DNA of 64,000 nt. Origin: an uncultured Alphaproteobacteria bacterium (GTDB taxonomy: Bacteria; Pseudomonadota; Alphaproteobacteria; Rhizobiales; Kaistiaceae). Below, in pieces: positions 43,691 through 53,868 of this stretch (position 1 is the stretch's first letter; each line of letters begins with the position of its first letter). The notes beneath the pieces were generated by a model that saw only the letters and a list, made by a program, of their open reading frames with translations, was not told where the DNA came from and searched no databases. Location: positions 84,041-148,040 of the forward strand of contig CAWJKY010000002.1 in the NCBI GenBank assembly GCA_963843565.1, read 5' to 3'. Both the position numbers and the translations under genes were made by a program.

Positions 43691-44602
43691 ATGCGCGTGC
43701 TCGTCAGCTGGGGATCGAAGCAGGGCGGAACCGAGGGGATCGCCCACACCATCGCAGAAGAACTGCATCGCGACGGGCTGGAGGTCGACCTCCAGCCGGC
43801 CTGGGCGCTGCACGGCATCAAGGGCTACGACGCGGCGGTGATCGGCGGGGCGGTCTACGCCAACCGCTGGCACCGGGCCGCGTATCGGTTCGTGACCCGC
43901 AACGCCGCCGCGCTGCAACGCATTCCGGTCTGGCTGTTCTCGAGCGGGCCGCTCGACGACTCCGCCGACCGCAAGCAGATCGCGCCGGCGCGCGAGGTCA
44001 GCGTGCTCATGGATCGGATCGGCGCGCTCGGCCACGCCACCTTCGGCGGACGCCTGCCGGCCGACGCCAAGGGCTTCCCGGCCGAAGCGATGGCCAAGAC
44101 CCGCGCCGGCGACTGGCGCAATCCGGAACGCATCCGCGCCTGGGCCGACGAGGTCGCCGAGGCGATCCCGACCGCCCGGCCCGGCATCGCCGTCGACCCG
44201 GCGGCGCGCTCGCCCTGGCGCCTGCTCGCCTATGGCGCCGCCGGATGGGCGCTCTGCGCGGTGCTGATGGCGGCGCTGATGGCAACGGTGTCGATCGGCG
44301 CCGCACTCGCCATCCACGCCGTCGCGGCGCCGCTGATCTTCGCCGCCGTCGCCTACGGCTACTTCCGGGCGCGTGGGGCGCGCGACCCGCTGCCCACCGC
44401 CCTCGTCTTCACGGCGATCGTGGCGGCGCTGGACGCGGTGGTCGTCGCCTGGCTCGTCCAGGGCAGCTTCGCGATGTTCGCCAGCGCCTGGGGCACCTGG
44501 GTGCCGTTCGCGCTGATTTTCGCGGCGACGTGGATCACCGGCTTCATCGTGTCGATGATCCCGTCACGCGCGCAGCTTGCGGAATGGAAAGAGGCGGCGT
44601 GA
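43691..44602 (+). CDS. Flavodoxin-like (HemG/Flavodoxin_5-type) domain fused to a C-terminal 4-TM domain
   Basis: GGAGG RBS 5 nt upstream of ATG 43691. MRVLVSWGSKQGGTEGIAHTIAEEL...AAVIGGAVYANRWH...VWLFSSGP, then hydrophobic segments from ~residue 185. Confidence 0.7.
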   Translation: MRVLVSWGSKQGGTEGIAHTIAEELHRDGLEVDLQPAWALHGIKGYDAAVIGGAVYANRWHRAAYRFVTRNAAALQRIPVWLFSSGPLDDSADRKQIAPAREVSVLMDRIGALGHATFGGRLPADAKGFPAEAMAKTRAGDWRNPERIRAWADEVAEAIPTARPGIAVDPAARSPWRLLAYGAAGWALCAVLMAALMATVSIGAALAIHAVAAPLIFAAVAYGYFRARGARDPLPTALVFTAIVAALDAVVVAWLVQGSFAMFASAWGTWVPFALIFAATWITGFIVSMIPSRAQLAEWKEAA

Positions 44603-44609
44603 GCGACCC

Positions 44610-46502
44610 CTACTCCGCCGCTTGCGAGCCGGTCTCGACGCTGGGCTCCAACACCGCGTCCGGGACCGGCCGTTCCGCATCGAGGAAGCCGCCTGACTGG
44701 CGGTTCCACAGCGACGCATAAAGGCCGCCGCGCTTGATGAGATCGGCGTGGGTGCCCATCTCGACGATCTGTCCCTTGTCGAGCACCACCAGCCGGTCCA
44801 TCGCCGCGATGGTCGACAGGCGGTGCGCGATGGCGATCACCGTCTTGCCCCTCATCAGCTTGGTGAAGCTCTCCTGAATGGCGGCCTCGACCTCCGAATC
44901 GAGCGCCGAGGTCGCCTCGTCGAGGACCAGGATCGGCGCGTCCTTGAGCAGCACCCGCGCGATGGCGACGCGCTGGCGCTGGCCGCCGGACAGCTTGGCG
45001 CCGCGCTCGCCGACGTGGGCATCGAAGCCCCGCCGGCCGTGGTAGTCGGACAGGTCCGGGACAAACTGCTCGGCGTGCGCCTGACGCAGCGCGCCGCGCA
45101 TGGCGTCCTCGCCCGCCTCGGGCCGGCCGTAGAGCACGTTCTCGCGGATCGAGCGATGCAGCAGCGAAGTATCCTGGGTGATGAGGCCGATCTGCTTGCG
45201 GAGCGAATCCTGCGACACCTGGGCGATGTCCTGCCCGTCGATGACGATGCGCCCGCCCTCCACGTCGTAGAAGCGCAGTAGCAGATTGGCGATGGTCGAC
45301 TTGCCGGCACCCGAGCGGCCGACCAGCCCGACCTTCTCGCCGGCCGCGATGTTGAGCGACAGGTTCTCGATGATGCCGCTCTTGCGGCCGTAGTGGAACG
45401 TGACGTTCTCGAAGCGAATCTCGCCTTTCGGCACCTTCAGCTCCATGGCGTCGGGCACGTCGACGAGGTCCTGCGGGCGCGCGATGGTCTCCATGCCCTC
45501 CTGCACGGCGCCGACGTTGTCGAAGATGCCGATCGAGGTCCACATGATCCACCCGGACATCGTCGCGATGCGGAAGGCGAGGCCCGCCGCGATGGTCAGC
45601 GCGCCGAGGCTGAGATTGCCGTTCGCCCACAACGTGACCGCAAGCGCCGCCGTCCCGCCGATCAGGAGGCCGTTCATGATCGCCACGGTAGACGACATGG
45701 CGGTGACCATGCGGGTCGACTTGTTGAACTTCTGCTGGTGATCGTTGACGGCGTCGCGCGCGTAATCGTCCTCGCGCGACGTATGCGCGAAGAGCTTCAC
45801 GGTCTGGATGTTGGTGTAGCTGTCGACAATCCGCCCGGTCAGCATCGAGCGGGCCTCCGACACGGTCACCGAGCGCCTGCGGATGCGCGGCACGAAGTAA
45901 TAGAGGGTCAGCACGAAGCCCGCGATCCACAGACCAAGCGGCGCCATCAGCCACACATCGAGCTGGCTGAACAGGATCATCGAACTGATCGAGTAGATGG
46001 TGACGAACCACAGCGCGTCGCAGACCTGCACCACCGACTCACGCAGTGCCGGGCCGGTCTGGATGATCTTGGAGGCGATGCGGCCGGCGAAATCGTTGGT
46101 GAAGAAGCCGACCGTCTGGCGCAGCACGTAGCGGTGCGTCTGCCAGCGCACCAGGTTGGTGAACGATGGCGCCAGCGACTGCTGCACCAGCAGGTCGTGC
46201 AGGATGTTGAAGAACGGGCGCGCGACGATGACGACGAACGCCATCCACGCAAACGTCCAGCCGTAGTCGGCGAGCATGCGCTCCGGCGTGGTCGCCTTGA
46301 GCATGTCGACGAGGTTGCCGGCGTAGCGGAAGATCGAGACCTCGATCAGCGACACGAAGAAGCCGACGAACATCAGCGCCACAAGCACCGGCCACACCTG
46401 CTTGGTGTAGTGCCAGTAGAAGCCGCCAAGCGTCGGCGGCGGCATCGACGGATCGTGCGCCCGGAAGGGGTCAATCAGCCTTTCGAAGAAGCGGAAGATC
46501 AT
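44610..46502 (-). CDS. ABC exporter, fused permease-ATPase (paralog A)
   Basis: Six-TM domain, Walker A GRSGAGKST, signature LSGGQRQR, Walker B ILVLDEATSALD. Confidence 0.92.
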   Translation of the reverse strand: MIFRFFERLIDPFRAHDPSMPPPTLGGFYWHYTKQVWPVLVALMFVGFFVSLIEVSIFRYAGNLVDMLKATTPERMLADYGWTFAWMAFVVIVARPFFNILHDLLVQQSLAPSFTNLVRWQTHRYVLRQTVGFFTNDFAGRIASKIIQTGPALRESVVQVCDALWFVTIYSISSMILFSQLDVWLMAPLGLWIAGFVLTLYYFVPRIRRRSVTVSEARSMLTGRIVDSYTNIQTVKLFAHTSREDDYARDAVNDHQQKFNKSTRMVTAMSSTVAIMNGLLIGGTAALAVTLWANGNLSLGALTIAAGLAFRIATMSGWIMWTSIGIFDNVGAVQEGMETIARPQDLVDVPDAMELKVPKGEIRFENVTFHYGRKSGIIENLSLNIAAGEKVGLVGRSGAGKSTIANLLLRFYDVEGGRIVIDGQDIAQVSQDSLRKQIGLITQDTSLLHRSIRENVLYGRPEAGEDAMRGALRQAHAEQFVPDLSDYHGRRGFDAHVGERGAKLSGGQRQRVAIARVLLKDAPILVLDEATSALDSEVEAAIQESFTKLMRGKTVIAIAHRLSTIAAMDRLVVLDKGQIVEMGTHADLIKRGGLYASLWNRQSGGFLDAERPVPDAVLEPSVETGSQAAE

Positions 46503-46514
46503 CTTGCGCCGTTC

Positions 46515-48368
46515 CTATTCCGCCGCCTGGTTCACCGGTTCGACATCGAGGAAGCCGCCCGACTGACGGCTCCACAGCGCCGCGTAGAGGCCGTCATGAC
46601 GGATCAGCTCCTCATGGCTGCCGACCTCGACGATGCGGCCCTGATCGAGCACCACGAGACGATCCATCGCGGCGATGGTCGACAGGCGGTGCGCGATGGC
46701 GATGACCGTCTTGCCGGCCATCAGGCCGTAGAGGGTCTCCTGGATCGCCGCCTCGATCTCCGAATCGAGCGCCGAGGTCGCCTCGTCGAGCACCAGGATC
46801 GGCGCATCCTTCAGGAAGATGCGCGCAATCGCGATGCGCTGGCGCTGGCCGCCGGACAGCTTGATGCCGCGCTCGCCGACGTGGGCGTCGTAGGCGGTGC
46901 GGCCCTTGGGGTCGGCAAGCTCGCGGATGAAGGTGTCGGCATAGGCGAGCTCGGCGGCGCGCGCGACATCGGCTTCCGTGGCGTCGGGACGGCCGTAGAG
47001 GATGTTGTCGCGCACCGAGCGGTGCAGCAGCGAGGTGTCCTGGGTGACCATGCCGATCTGGCGGCGGAGCGATTCCTGCGTGACGGCGGCGATGTCCTGC
47101 CCGTCGATCAGGATACGCCCGCCTTCCAGATCGTAGAAGCGCAGGAGCAGGTTGACGACGGTCGACTTGCCGGCGCCCGAGCGGCCGACCAGCCCGACCT
47201 TCTCGCCCGGGCGGATGGTCAGGTTGAAGTCGTCGAGGACCTTGCCGGCGCCGCGCCCGTAGTGGAAGCGGACGTGATCGAAGCGAATCTCGCCGTTGGG
47301 CACGGTCAGCGCCGCAGCGTCGGGCCGGTCCTTCACCGTGATCGGCCGCGACAGCATGGTGATGCCGTCGCGCACCGTGCCGATGCTCTCGAAGAGCTGG
47401 GCGACCTCCCACATGATCCACTGCGACATGGTGCGCAGCCGCATGACGAGGCCAAGCGCAACGGTGATCGCCCCGACGCTCATCAGCGAGCGCGTCCACG
47501 CGTAGATGGCAATCGCCGCGACCAGCACCAGAACCACCGAGTTCAGCACGTTCAGCAGTAGCGACAGCGACGTGAACATGCGCGCCTGCTGGTTCACCGT
47601 GCCCAGGAACGAACTCATCGCCGAGCGGGCGTAATCGTGCTCGCGGGTGGTGTGGGCGAACAGCTTGACGGTCTGGATGTTGGTGTAGCTGTCGACGACG
47701 CGGCCGGTCATCTCGGCGCGCGCATCGGCCTGCAGCTCGCCGACCGCGCCAAGGCGCGGCACGAACCAGGCGAGCAGCGCCACATAGGCCGCAAGCCACA
47801 CGATGAGCGTCGCCACCAGCCACACGTCGCTTTGCCCGAGCAGCCACAGCGTGCCGATGAAATAGACGACGATGTACACGCCGACGTCGAGGATGCGCGT
47901 GATGCTGTCGCGCACCGCGAGCGCCGTCTGCATCACCTTCTGCGAGACGCGGCCGGCGAACTCGTCGTTGAAGAAGGCGAGGCTCTGGCCGAGCATGAAG
48001 CGGTGCGCCTTCCAGCGGACCAGCATCGGATAGGCACCGAAGGTGGTCTGGAACTGGAGCAGGCTGCCGCCGAGGCCAAGCAGCGGGAAGACGATCGCCA
48101 CCACCACTGCCATGGCCAGAAGCGGCGCCCAGTAGCTGGCAAGGAACGCCGCGCGATCGCCGTGGGCGAGCCAGTCGACCAGGCTGCCGGTGAACTGCAG
48201 AAACACGATCTCGACCACCGACATGGTGGCAGTGAGGAGCCCCATGAGGACGAGCCAGGGCAGCACCGGGCGCGAGTAATAATAGAGGAACGCGAACAGG
48301 CGGCCGGGCGGAGTCCGGCCGTCGTCGGGCGGGAAGGGATCGACAAGACGTTCGAAGAAGCGGAACAC
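46515..48368 (-). CDS. ABC exporter, fused permease-ATPase (paralog B)
   Basis: Same architecture as paralog A. N-terminus MFRFFERLVDPF is parallel to paralog A MIFRFFERLIDPF. 12-nt gap to paralog A. Confidence 0.92.
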   Translation of the reverse strand: MFRFFERLVDPFPPDDGRTPPGRLFAFLYYYSRPVLPWLVLMGLLTATMSVVEIVFLQFTGSLVDWLAHGDRAAFLASYWAPLLAMAVVVAIVFPLLGLGGSLLQFQTTFGAYPMLVRWKAHRFMLGQSLAFFNDEFAGRVSQKVMQTALAVRDSITRILDVGVYIVVYFIGTLWLLGQSDVWLVATLIVWLAAYVALLAWFVPRLGAVGELQADARAEMTGRVVDSYTNIQTVKLFAHTTREHDYARSAMSSFLGTVNQQARMFTSLSLLLNVLNSVVLVLVAAIAIYAWTRSLMSVGAITVALGLVMRLRTMSQWIMWEVAQLFESIGTVRDGITMLSRPITVKDRPDAAALTVPNGEIRFDHVRFHYGRGAGKVLDDFNLTIRPGEKVGLVGRSGAGKSTVVNLLLRFYDLEGGRILIDGQDIAAVTQESLRRQIGMVTQDTSLLHRSVRDNILYGRPDATEADVARAAELAYADTFIRELADPKGRTAYDAHVGERGIKLSGGQRQRIAIARIFLKDAPILVLDEATSALDSEIEAAIQETLYGLMAGKTVIAIAHRLSTIAAMDRLVVLDQGRIVEVGSHEELIRHDGLYAALWSRQSGGFLDVEPVNQAAE

Positions 48369-48720
48369 GAGTGGATAGCTCCGAAGATGTCTGGGCGCGC
48401 TCCGGCGGGAGCAGCGGGAAAAAGCGGGTGGCAGGTTCGGCCCGGAGCGCGAAGCGCCCGGGCTTACCTCCGATCCGGCGAGAAAGCGTCGTTCAGTTCT
48501 GGACGGTCAGACCCAACCTGAAGACGATGCCGGCGCGGCGGCTTGAACGAACAAGCTGCATCGACTCCATCGGCATCTCCTCTCGGGTTGGCGAAGCGCA
48601 AGCGCCTCCGGCCGGCGAACCCGGGGGCGTGAACTTCAAATGACTCGTGACGGCGCCTTGAATAGGCCGGTTTGGGCCGCATGCCTAGAGGTTGGGCAAC
48701 GGATGGCGACATACGCTTGA

Positions 48721-48742
48721 CCTGTGGCCGCAGGGCCACAGG
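48721..48742 (-). terminator. Hairpin immediately after ABC paralog C stop
   Basis: CCTGTGGCC (48721-48729), 4-nt loop, GGCCACAGG (48734-48742), 9 nt from the stop at 48751-48753. No U-tract. Confidence 0.45.
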
Positions 48743-48750
48743 CGGGCCCC

Positions 48751-50610
48751 CTACTCCGCGGCCTGGCGGGGCGTGACGTCGACACCGAGGAAACCGCCCG
48801 ACTGACGGCGCCAGAGCGCCGCGTAGAGGCCGTCGCGGGCGAGCAGCTCCTGGTGGGTGCCCTCCTCCACGATGCGGCCGGCATCCATGACCACCAGCCG
48901 GTCTAGAACGGCGATGGTCGAGAGGCGGTGGGCGATGGCGATGACGGTGCGCCCTTCCATGAGGCCGTAGAGCTGCTCCTGGATGGTTGCCTCGACCTCG
49001 GAGTCGAGCGCCGAGGTTGCCTCGTCGAGGACGAGGATCGGCGCATCCTTGAGGATCAGCCGGGCGATCGCGACCCTCTGGCGCTGGCCGCCGGACAACT
49101 TCACGCCGCGCTCGCCGACGAAGGCGTCGTAGCCCGTGCGGTCGCGCATGTCGTGAAGGCCGGCGATGAACTCGTCGGCCTCGGCGCGCTCGGCCGCCGT
49201 CTCGATCTCCGCCTGGCTCGCCTCGGGGCGGCCGTAGCGGATGTTGTCGCGGATCGAGCGATGGAGCAGGGAGGTATCCTGCGTGACCACGCCGATCCTG
49301 GCGCGCAGCGTCTCCTGGGTGACGTGGGCGATATCCTGCTGGTCGATGGCGATGCGGCCGCCTTCCACGTCGTAGAAACGCAACAGCAGATTGACCAGCG
49401 TCGACTTGCCGGCGCCCGAGCGGCCGACGAGGCCGACCTTCTCGCCGGGCTTCACGGTCAGCGACAGATGATCGATCACCCCGCCCGGCCGGCCGTAGTG
49501 GAAGGAGACGTCGTCGAATCTGATCTCGCCGCGCGAGACGGCCAGTGGCCTGGCGTCCGGCGCATCGAGCAGCGAATAGGGCTGGCTGATCATCTGCATG
49601 CCGTTCTGGACCGTGCCGACGCTCTCGAACAGCGAGGTGATCATGCGCAGGATCCAGCCCGACATCTGGTTGAGGCGGATGACCAGCGAAGTCGCCAGCG
49701 CGATCGCGCCGACGCTGATGTTGCCGACCGACCACAGATAGAGCGCCAGCCCGCCGACCGAGAAGATCAGCAGCGAGTTGATGACGGTGAGCGTCACGGT
49801 CAGGTTGGCGACCGTGAACGCGAAGCGGCGATAGGCGTCGAGGTGGTTGCGGAAGCCTTCGTAGGCAAAGGCGTCCTCGCGCTCGGCGTGGGCGAACAGC
49901 TTCACCGACTGGATGTTGGTGTAGCCGTCGACAATGCGGCCGGAGAGCTGGGAATTGGCCTCCGACACGGCGGCCGAGCGGGCCCGCACCGGAGGCACGC
50001 GGGTGAAGATCACGATGACGTAGGCGATCGTCCACAGCGCGATCGGCGCGATCAGCCATTTGTCGATGGTGACGAACAGCCAGACGGTTCCGCCGAGATA
50101 GATGACCAGCGTCCAGATGCCGTCGACGACACCCGACACCGTGTCGCGGAGCGCCGGTCCGGTCTGCATGACCTTCTGGGCGATGCGGCCGGCAAAGTCG
50201 TTCTGGAAGAACGACAGGCTCTGGCGCAGAACGTAGCGGTAGCTCTGCCAGCGCACCGAGAAGGTCAGCGCCGGCATCAGGCCGAGCTGGCCGAAGGTGC
50301 GCGACAGGAACGCGTTGACCGGGCGCAGCAACACGATGACCAGCGCCATGCCGGTGAGCTCCGGCCAGTAGCGCGGGAAGAACAGCTCCTTCGGCGTGGT
50401 GGTCGCCTGATCGACGATCCAGCCGAGAAAGACGAACAGGCCCATCTCGGTGACCGCCGAGACCAGCGAGATGACCAGCACGGCCAGGATGGTGCCCTTC
50501 ACGGGCACGATGAAATGCCGGTAGAAGGCGGCGAGCGTGTCGGGCGGGCGCACGACCGGCGCATCGACCAGCGGCGCGATCAGGCGCTCGAACCAGCCTT
50601 TCATCTTCAT
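48751..50610 (-). CDS. ABC exporter, fused permease-ATPase (paralog C)
   Basis: MKMKGWFERLIAPL aligns with the N-termini of paralogs A and B. GRSGAGKST, LSGGQRQR, ILVLDEATSALD. The start is 50610 or 50604; the track ORF start at 50811 is too long. Confidence 0.9.
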   Translation of the reverse strand: MKMKGWFERLIAPLVDAPVVRPPDTLAAFYRHFIVPVKGTILAVLVISLVSAVTEMGLFVFLGWIVDQATTTPKELFFPRYWPELTGMALVIVLLRPVNAFLSRTFGQLGLMPALTFSVRWQSYRYVLRQSLSFFQNDFAGRIAQKVMQTGPALRDTVSGVVDGIWTLVIYLGGTVWLFVTIDKWLIAPIALWTIAYVIVIFTRVPPVRARSAAVSEANSQLSGRIVDGYTNIQSVKLFAHAEREDAFAYEGFRNHLDAYRRFAFTVANLTVTLTVINSLLIFSVGGLALYLWSVGNISVGAIALATSLVIRLNQMSGWILRMITSLFESVGTVQNGMQMISQPYSLLDAPDARPLAVSRGEIRFDDVSFHYGRPGGVIDHLSLTVKPGEKVGLVGRSGAGKSTLVNLLLRFYDVEGGRIAIDQQDIAHVTQETLRARIGVVTQDTSLLHRSIRDNIRYGRPEASQAEIETAAERAEADEFIAGLHDMRDRTGYDAFVGERGVKLSGGQRQRVAIARLILKDAPILVLDEATSALDSEVEATIQEQLYGLMEGRTVIAIAHRLSTIAVLDRLVVMDAGRIVEEGTHQELLARDGLYAALWRRQSGGFLGVDVTPRQAAE

Positions 50611-50631
50611 CGCGCAGGAACCCCGGGCACC

Positions 50632-51099
50632 ATGATTTCCCTGGCCCTCTTTCAGCCTGACATACCCCAGAACGCCGGGACCATCATGCGCCTCGGCGCC
50701 TGCCTCGCGGTGCCGGTCCATGTGATCGAGCCGGCCGGCTTCGACGTTTCCGACCGGGCCCTGAAGCGGGCGGGCATGGACTATCTGGCGCAGGTGACCC
50801 TGATCCGCCATGCCGGATGGGACGATTTCGCACTATGGCACCGAAATAACGGTGGGCGACTCATCCTCCTGACAACCCGTGGCAGCATTGCGTACACCGG
50901 TTTCGCCTTCGCCGACGGCGACATGCTGATGGTCGGCCGCGAAAGCGCCGGGGTCCCGGAGACGGTTCACGAGGCGGCGAACGCGCGGCTCGTGGTTCCG
51001 ATGGCGCCAGACCGGCGTTCGCTCAACGTGGCGACGGCAGCCGCGATGGTCCTCGGCGAGGCGCTCCGGCAGACCGGCGGGTTTCCCGCGTCACGGTAG
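50632..51099 (+). CDS. trmL: tRNA (cytidine/uridine-2'-O-)-methyltransferase TrmL (SpoU family)
   Basis: MISLALFQPDIPQNAGTIMRLGACL...LLTTRG...MLMVGRESAGVP...RSLNVATAAAMVLGEALRQ. It is the 3' part of track ORF 48928..51099. Confidence 0.88.
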   Translation: MISLALFQPDIPQNAGTIMRLGACLAVPVHVIEPAGFDVSDRALKRAGMDYLAQVTLIRHAGWDDFALWHRNNGGRLILLTTRGSIAYTGFAFADGDMLMVGRESAGVPETVHEAANARLVVPMAPDRRSLNVATAAAMVLGEALRQTGGFPASR

Positions 51100-51927
51100 C
51101 GGCCGGTCATAAGCGAGGTCGGTGACCTCCAGCTCGATGTAGGTGAAGTTGCCGTCCGGCCGCTTGTAATAAGCCGAGCCGGCGAGCGGCACACGCACGC
51201 CTTCGCGCGCCTCCCAGCCCACGAACGGCGTCTCCCACGTTTCGATCTTCCCGGATTGGGTATTGAAGCGCGGCGCGCTGAAGAGCGTGAGCTTGCCTTC
51301 GGCGTCGACCGTGAAGGTCGCGGTCGCGGACAGACCGCGGTCGGACATCGTCGCGGTGAAGGTGTTGTCGTCGACGGCCGCGAAGGTGACGTTGCCGGCG
51401 AGGTAGGCGGCCGGGAACCACACGATCTCGTTGAAGTAGCGCATGAGGCCGGCGGTCAGGAGGGTATCGCCGCCCTCCGAGGCCACCGGATAGACGCCGA
51501 GCATCTTGATGAGGATGCTGCCCTGGCCGCCGAGATATTCGTCGCGGCCGAAGGCGATGGGAAACGACTTGCCGGGCAGCCACGTCCGCCAGACGAAGGC
51601 GGGCGGACTGGTCGAGTAGACCTCCACCGCCTCGAAGGTCATCCAGTCGGCGTCCTCGCTGGAGCGGATGCGCCCTTTCTGGGTCAGGCGAACGACGCCG
51701 GGGATCGGCTCGCCGACGACGCCGGCATAGCGAAAATAGCGCTGGGCGGGCGGTGGCAGGGACGCCAGCATGTCGGCGGTGACGATCCGGCCCGGTGGGC
51801 CGGCGTTCGCGGCAAGGCGGGCAACATCTCGGTCGATGGAGCCGGAGAAGCGGGCATACTGCCAGCCGACGAAGGCGCCGACCACGACGACAACGCCCAG
51901 CAGCAGCCAGAAGATTGCCTTCAACAT
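51091..51927 (-). CDS. Membrane-anchored hypothetical protein
   Basis: [23 protein letters not shown]-terminal anchor followed by a ~250-aa soluble domain. Only this part of track ORF 51091..52812 is credible. Confidence 0.6.
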   Translation of the reverse strand: MLKAIFWLLLGVVVVVGAFVGWQYARFSGSIDRDVARLAANAGPPGRIVTADMLASLPPPAQRYFRYAGVVGEPIPGVVRLTQKGRIRSSEDADWMTFEAVEVYSTSPPAFVWRTWLPGKSFPIAFGRDEYLGGQGSILIKMLGVYPVASEGGDTLLTAGLMRYFNEIVWFPAAYLAGNVTFAAVDDNTFTATMSDRGLSATATFTVDAEGKLTLFSAPRFNTQSGKIETWETPFVGWEAREGVRVPLAGSAYYKRPDGNFTYIELEVTDLAYDRPLP

Positions 51928-52044
51928 CGCGGCTTCCCCGATCGGACGGGATGTCGCAGACCTATGCCCCCGGTTGACCCGCGGCGCCTTGAGGCCGATC
52001 AAGCCGCACCAATCGGGCGACCCCAGACACGGGCGGCAGATCAG

Positions 52045-52941
52045 ATGGCGACGACCTCCCCGACCAGCGTCGAAGAGATGAAGAAGCAGGCCGCGGCCTG
52101 GTTTGCCGAGCTGCGCGACCGGCTCTGCGCCGCCTTCGAGGCGATCGAGGACGCGGTGCCGGCCGACGGGCCGCTGGCCGGCGAACCGGCCGGCCGTTTC
52201 GCACGCACGCCGTGGAAGCGCAGCGACCATACCGGCGCCGACGGCGGCGGCGGGGTGATGGCGGTGATGAAGGGCCGCGTCTTCGAGAAGGTCGGTGTTC
52301 ACGTCTCGACCGTGGTCGGCGAGTTCTCGCCCGAGTTCCGCAAGGAGATCCCCGGCGCCGAGGAGGACCCGCGCTTCTTCGCCACCGGCGTCTCGCTGAT
52401 CGCCCATCCGCAGAACCCGCATGTGCCCGCCGCCCACATGAACACACGCATGGTGGCGACCAGCCGCGACTGGTTCGGTGGTGGCGGCGACCTGACCCCG
52501 GTGCTGGATGCGCGGCGCACCCAGGACGACCCGGACTCGCGGGATTTCCATGCCGCCATGAAGGCGGCGTGCGAGAAACACGGCGCCGACTACGCCCGCT
52601 ACAAGAAGTGGTGCGACGAGTACTTCTTCCTGAAGCACCGCAACGAGCCGCGCGGCATCGGCGGCATCTTCTTCGACTGGCTGAACTCCGGCGACCGCGA
52701 CGCCGACTTCGCCTTCGTCAAGGACGTCGGCCTCGCCTTCCTCGACGTCTATCCGAAACTGGTACGGCGGAACTTCCTGACGCCGTGGAGCGAAGCGGAG
52801 CGCGACGAGCAACTCGTCCGGCGCGGACGCTACGTCGAGTTCAACTTGATCTACGACCGCGGCACGATCTTCGGCCTGAAGACCGGCGGCAATGTCAACT
52901 CGATCCTGTCGTCCATGCCGCCGGTGGTGAAGTGGCCGTAG
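52045..52941 (+). CDS. hemF: Oxygen-dependent coproporphyrinogen-III oxidase
   Basis: [24 protein letters not shown]...[19 protein letters not shown]...[10 protein letters not shown]...[13 protein letters not shown]...[19 protein letters not shown]. Confidence 0.93.
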   Translation: MATTSPTSVEEMKKQAAAWFAELRDRLCAAFEAIEDAVPADGPLAGEPAGRFARTPWKRSDHTGADGGGGVMAVMKGRVFEKVGVHVSTVVGEFSPEFRKEIPGAEEDPRFFATGVSLIAHPQNPHVPAAHMNTRMVATSRDWFGGGGDLTPVLDARRTQDDPDSRDFHAAMKAACEKHGADYARYKKWCDEYFFLKHRNEPRGIGGIFFDWLNSGDRDADFAFVKDVGLAFLDVYPKLVRRNFLTPWSEAERDEQLVRRGRYVEFNLIYDRGTIFGLKTGGNVNSILSSMPPVVKWP

Positions 52942-53087
52942 GCCCCGTTGGCCAAACGGCCTTGGCCTTGCCGTTCGTCATGAGTTGGCAGCCAACGTCC
53001 TGACGTGTATCCCCAAGTGCGGTCGCTCCAGATCGCGCCGCGCGATTTCGCACGGGCGATGTTCGGATTCTGCGTGGGGGATAATCG

Positions 53088-53819
53088 GTGGGATGGGAGG
53101 CACTCTCTCTGTGGGGTGAAGACGTCCGCCGCATCGAAGCTCTCTCTGGCGGTGTGGCCAACGATGTCTGGAGCGTACGTGTCCGGGGGCACCTCGCGGT
53201 AGCGCGGCTTGGCACCAGGAGCGACGCCGATCTCGACTGGGAGACCAGACTCCTGCAACACCTCGACCGCGAAGGCCTGACCGTGCCGGCACCGATCCCG
53301 ACGACGGACGGCCGGCTGTTTGCAGACGGTCTCGTGGTGATGACCTACGTGGAAGGCGGACCGCCCGAGACAGAGGCCGACTGGCGTCGCGTGGCCGAGA
53401 CACTCCGCCGCCTGCATGGGTTGACCGAGGGCTGGCCGCAGCGCCCGGGCTGGCGATCGTCGATCGACCTCCTCAGCGCCGAGACCGGGACGAAGGTCGA
53501 TCTCGGTGCGATGCCGCCGGAGGGCGTTGCACGATGCCGCGCCGCGTGGGCGCGGCTTGTCGGGCGCCAGACCCGCGTCGTCCACGGTGATCCCAACCCG
53601 CGCAACATCCGCATGACCGCGGATCGGGTCGCGATGATCGACTGGGACGAGGCGCACGTCGACGTGCCCGACCTCGATCTGGCGCTCCCCCATAACGCCG
53701 CCGGCCTCGACGAGCGCGCCTATGACATCGCCGCGCAAGCGTCTGCCGCGTGGGAGGCCGCCGTCTGCTGGGACGACGCGTACTCAAAGAAGCGACTCGC
53801 CGAAGTTCGCGCGGTCTGA
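53088..53819 (+). CDS. Phosphotransferase-family (APH/choline-kinase-like) protein
   Basis: Brenner-type motif VVHGDPNPRNI and downstream IDWDEAHV. Confidence 0.75.
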   Translation: MGWEALSLWGEDVRRIEALSGGVANDVWSVRVRGHLAVARLGTRSDADLDWETRLLQHLDREGLTVPAPIPTTDGRLFADGLVVMTYVEGGPPETEADWRRVAETLRRLHGLTEGWPQRPGWRSSIDLLSAETGTKVDLGAMPPEGVARCRAAWARLVGRQTRVVHGDPNPRNIRMTADRVAMIDWDEAHVDVPDLDLALPHNAAGLDERAYDIAAQASAAWEAAVCWDDAYSKKRLAEVRAV

Positions 53820-53868
53820 ACGGCGCCAGGGGCGCGATCTTCATTCGCCGCGGAGTGACCCCAGGCCG

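Noticed and set aside
45393-50631. Plus-strand ORFs 45393-47561 and the 5' 1.7 kb of 48928-51099, antisense to the ABC exporters
   Set aside because: These are shadow frames. Only the last 156 codons of the second ORF (trmL, from ATG 50632) have a real protein signature.
51928-52812. Upstream part of track ORF 51091-52812 (-) overlapping hemF
   Set aside because: It is antisense to hemF, which has diagnostic motifs. The credible minus-strand protein starts at Met 51927 with a TM anchor.
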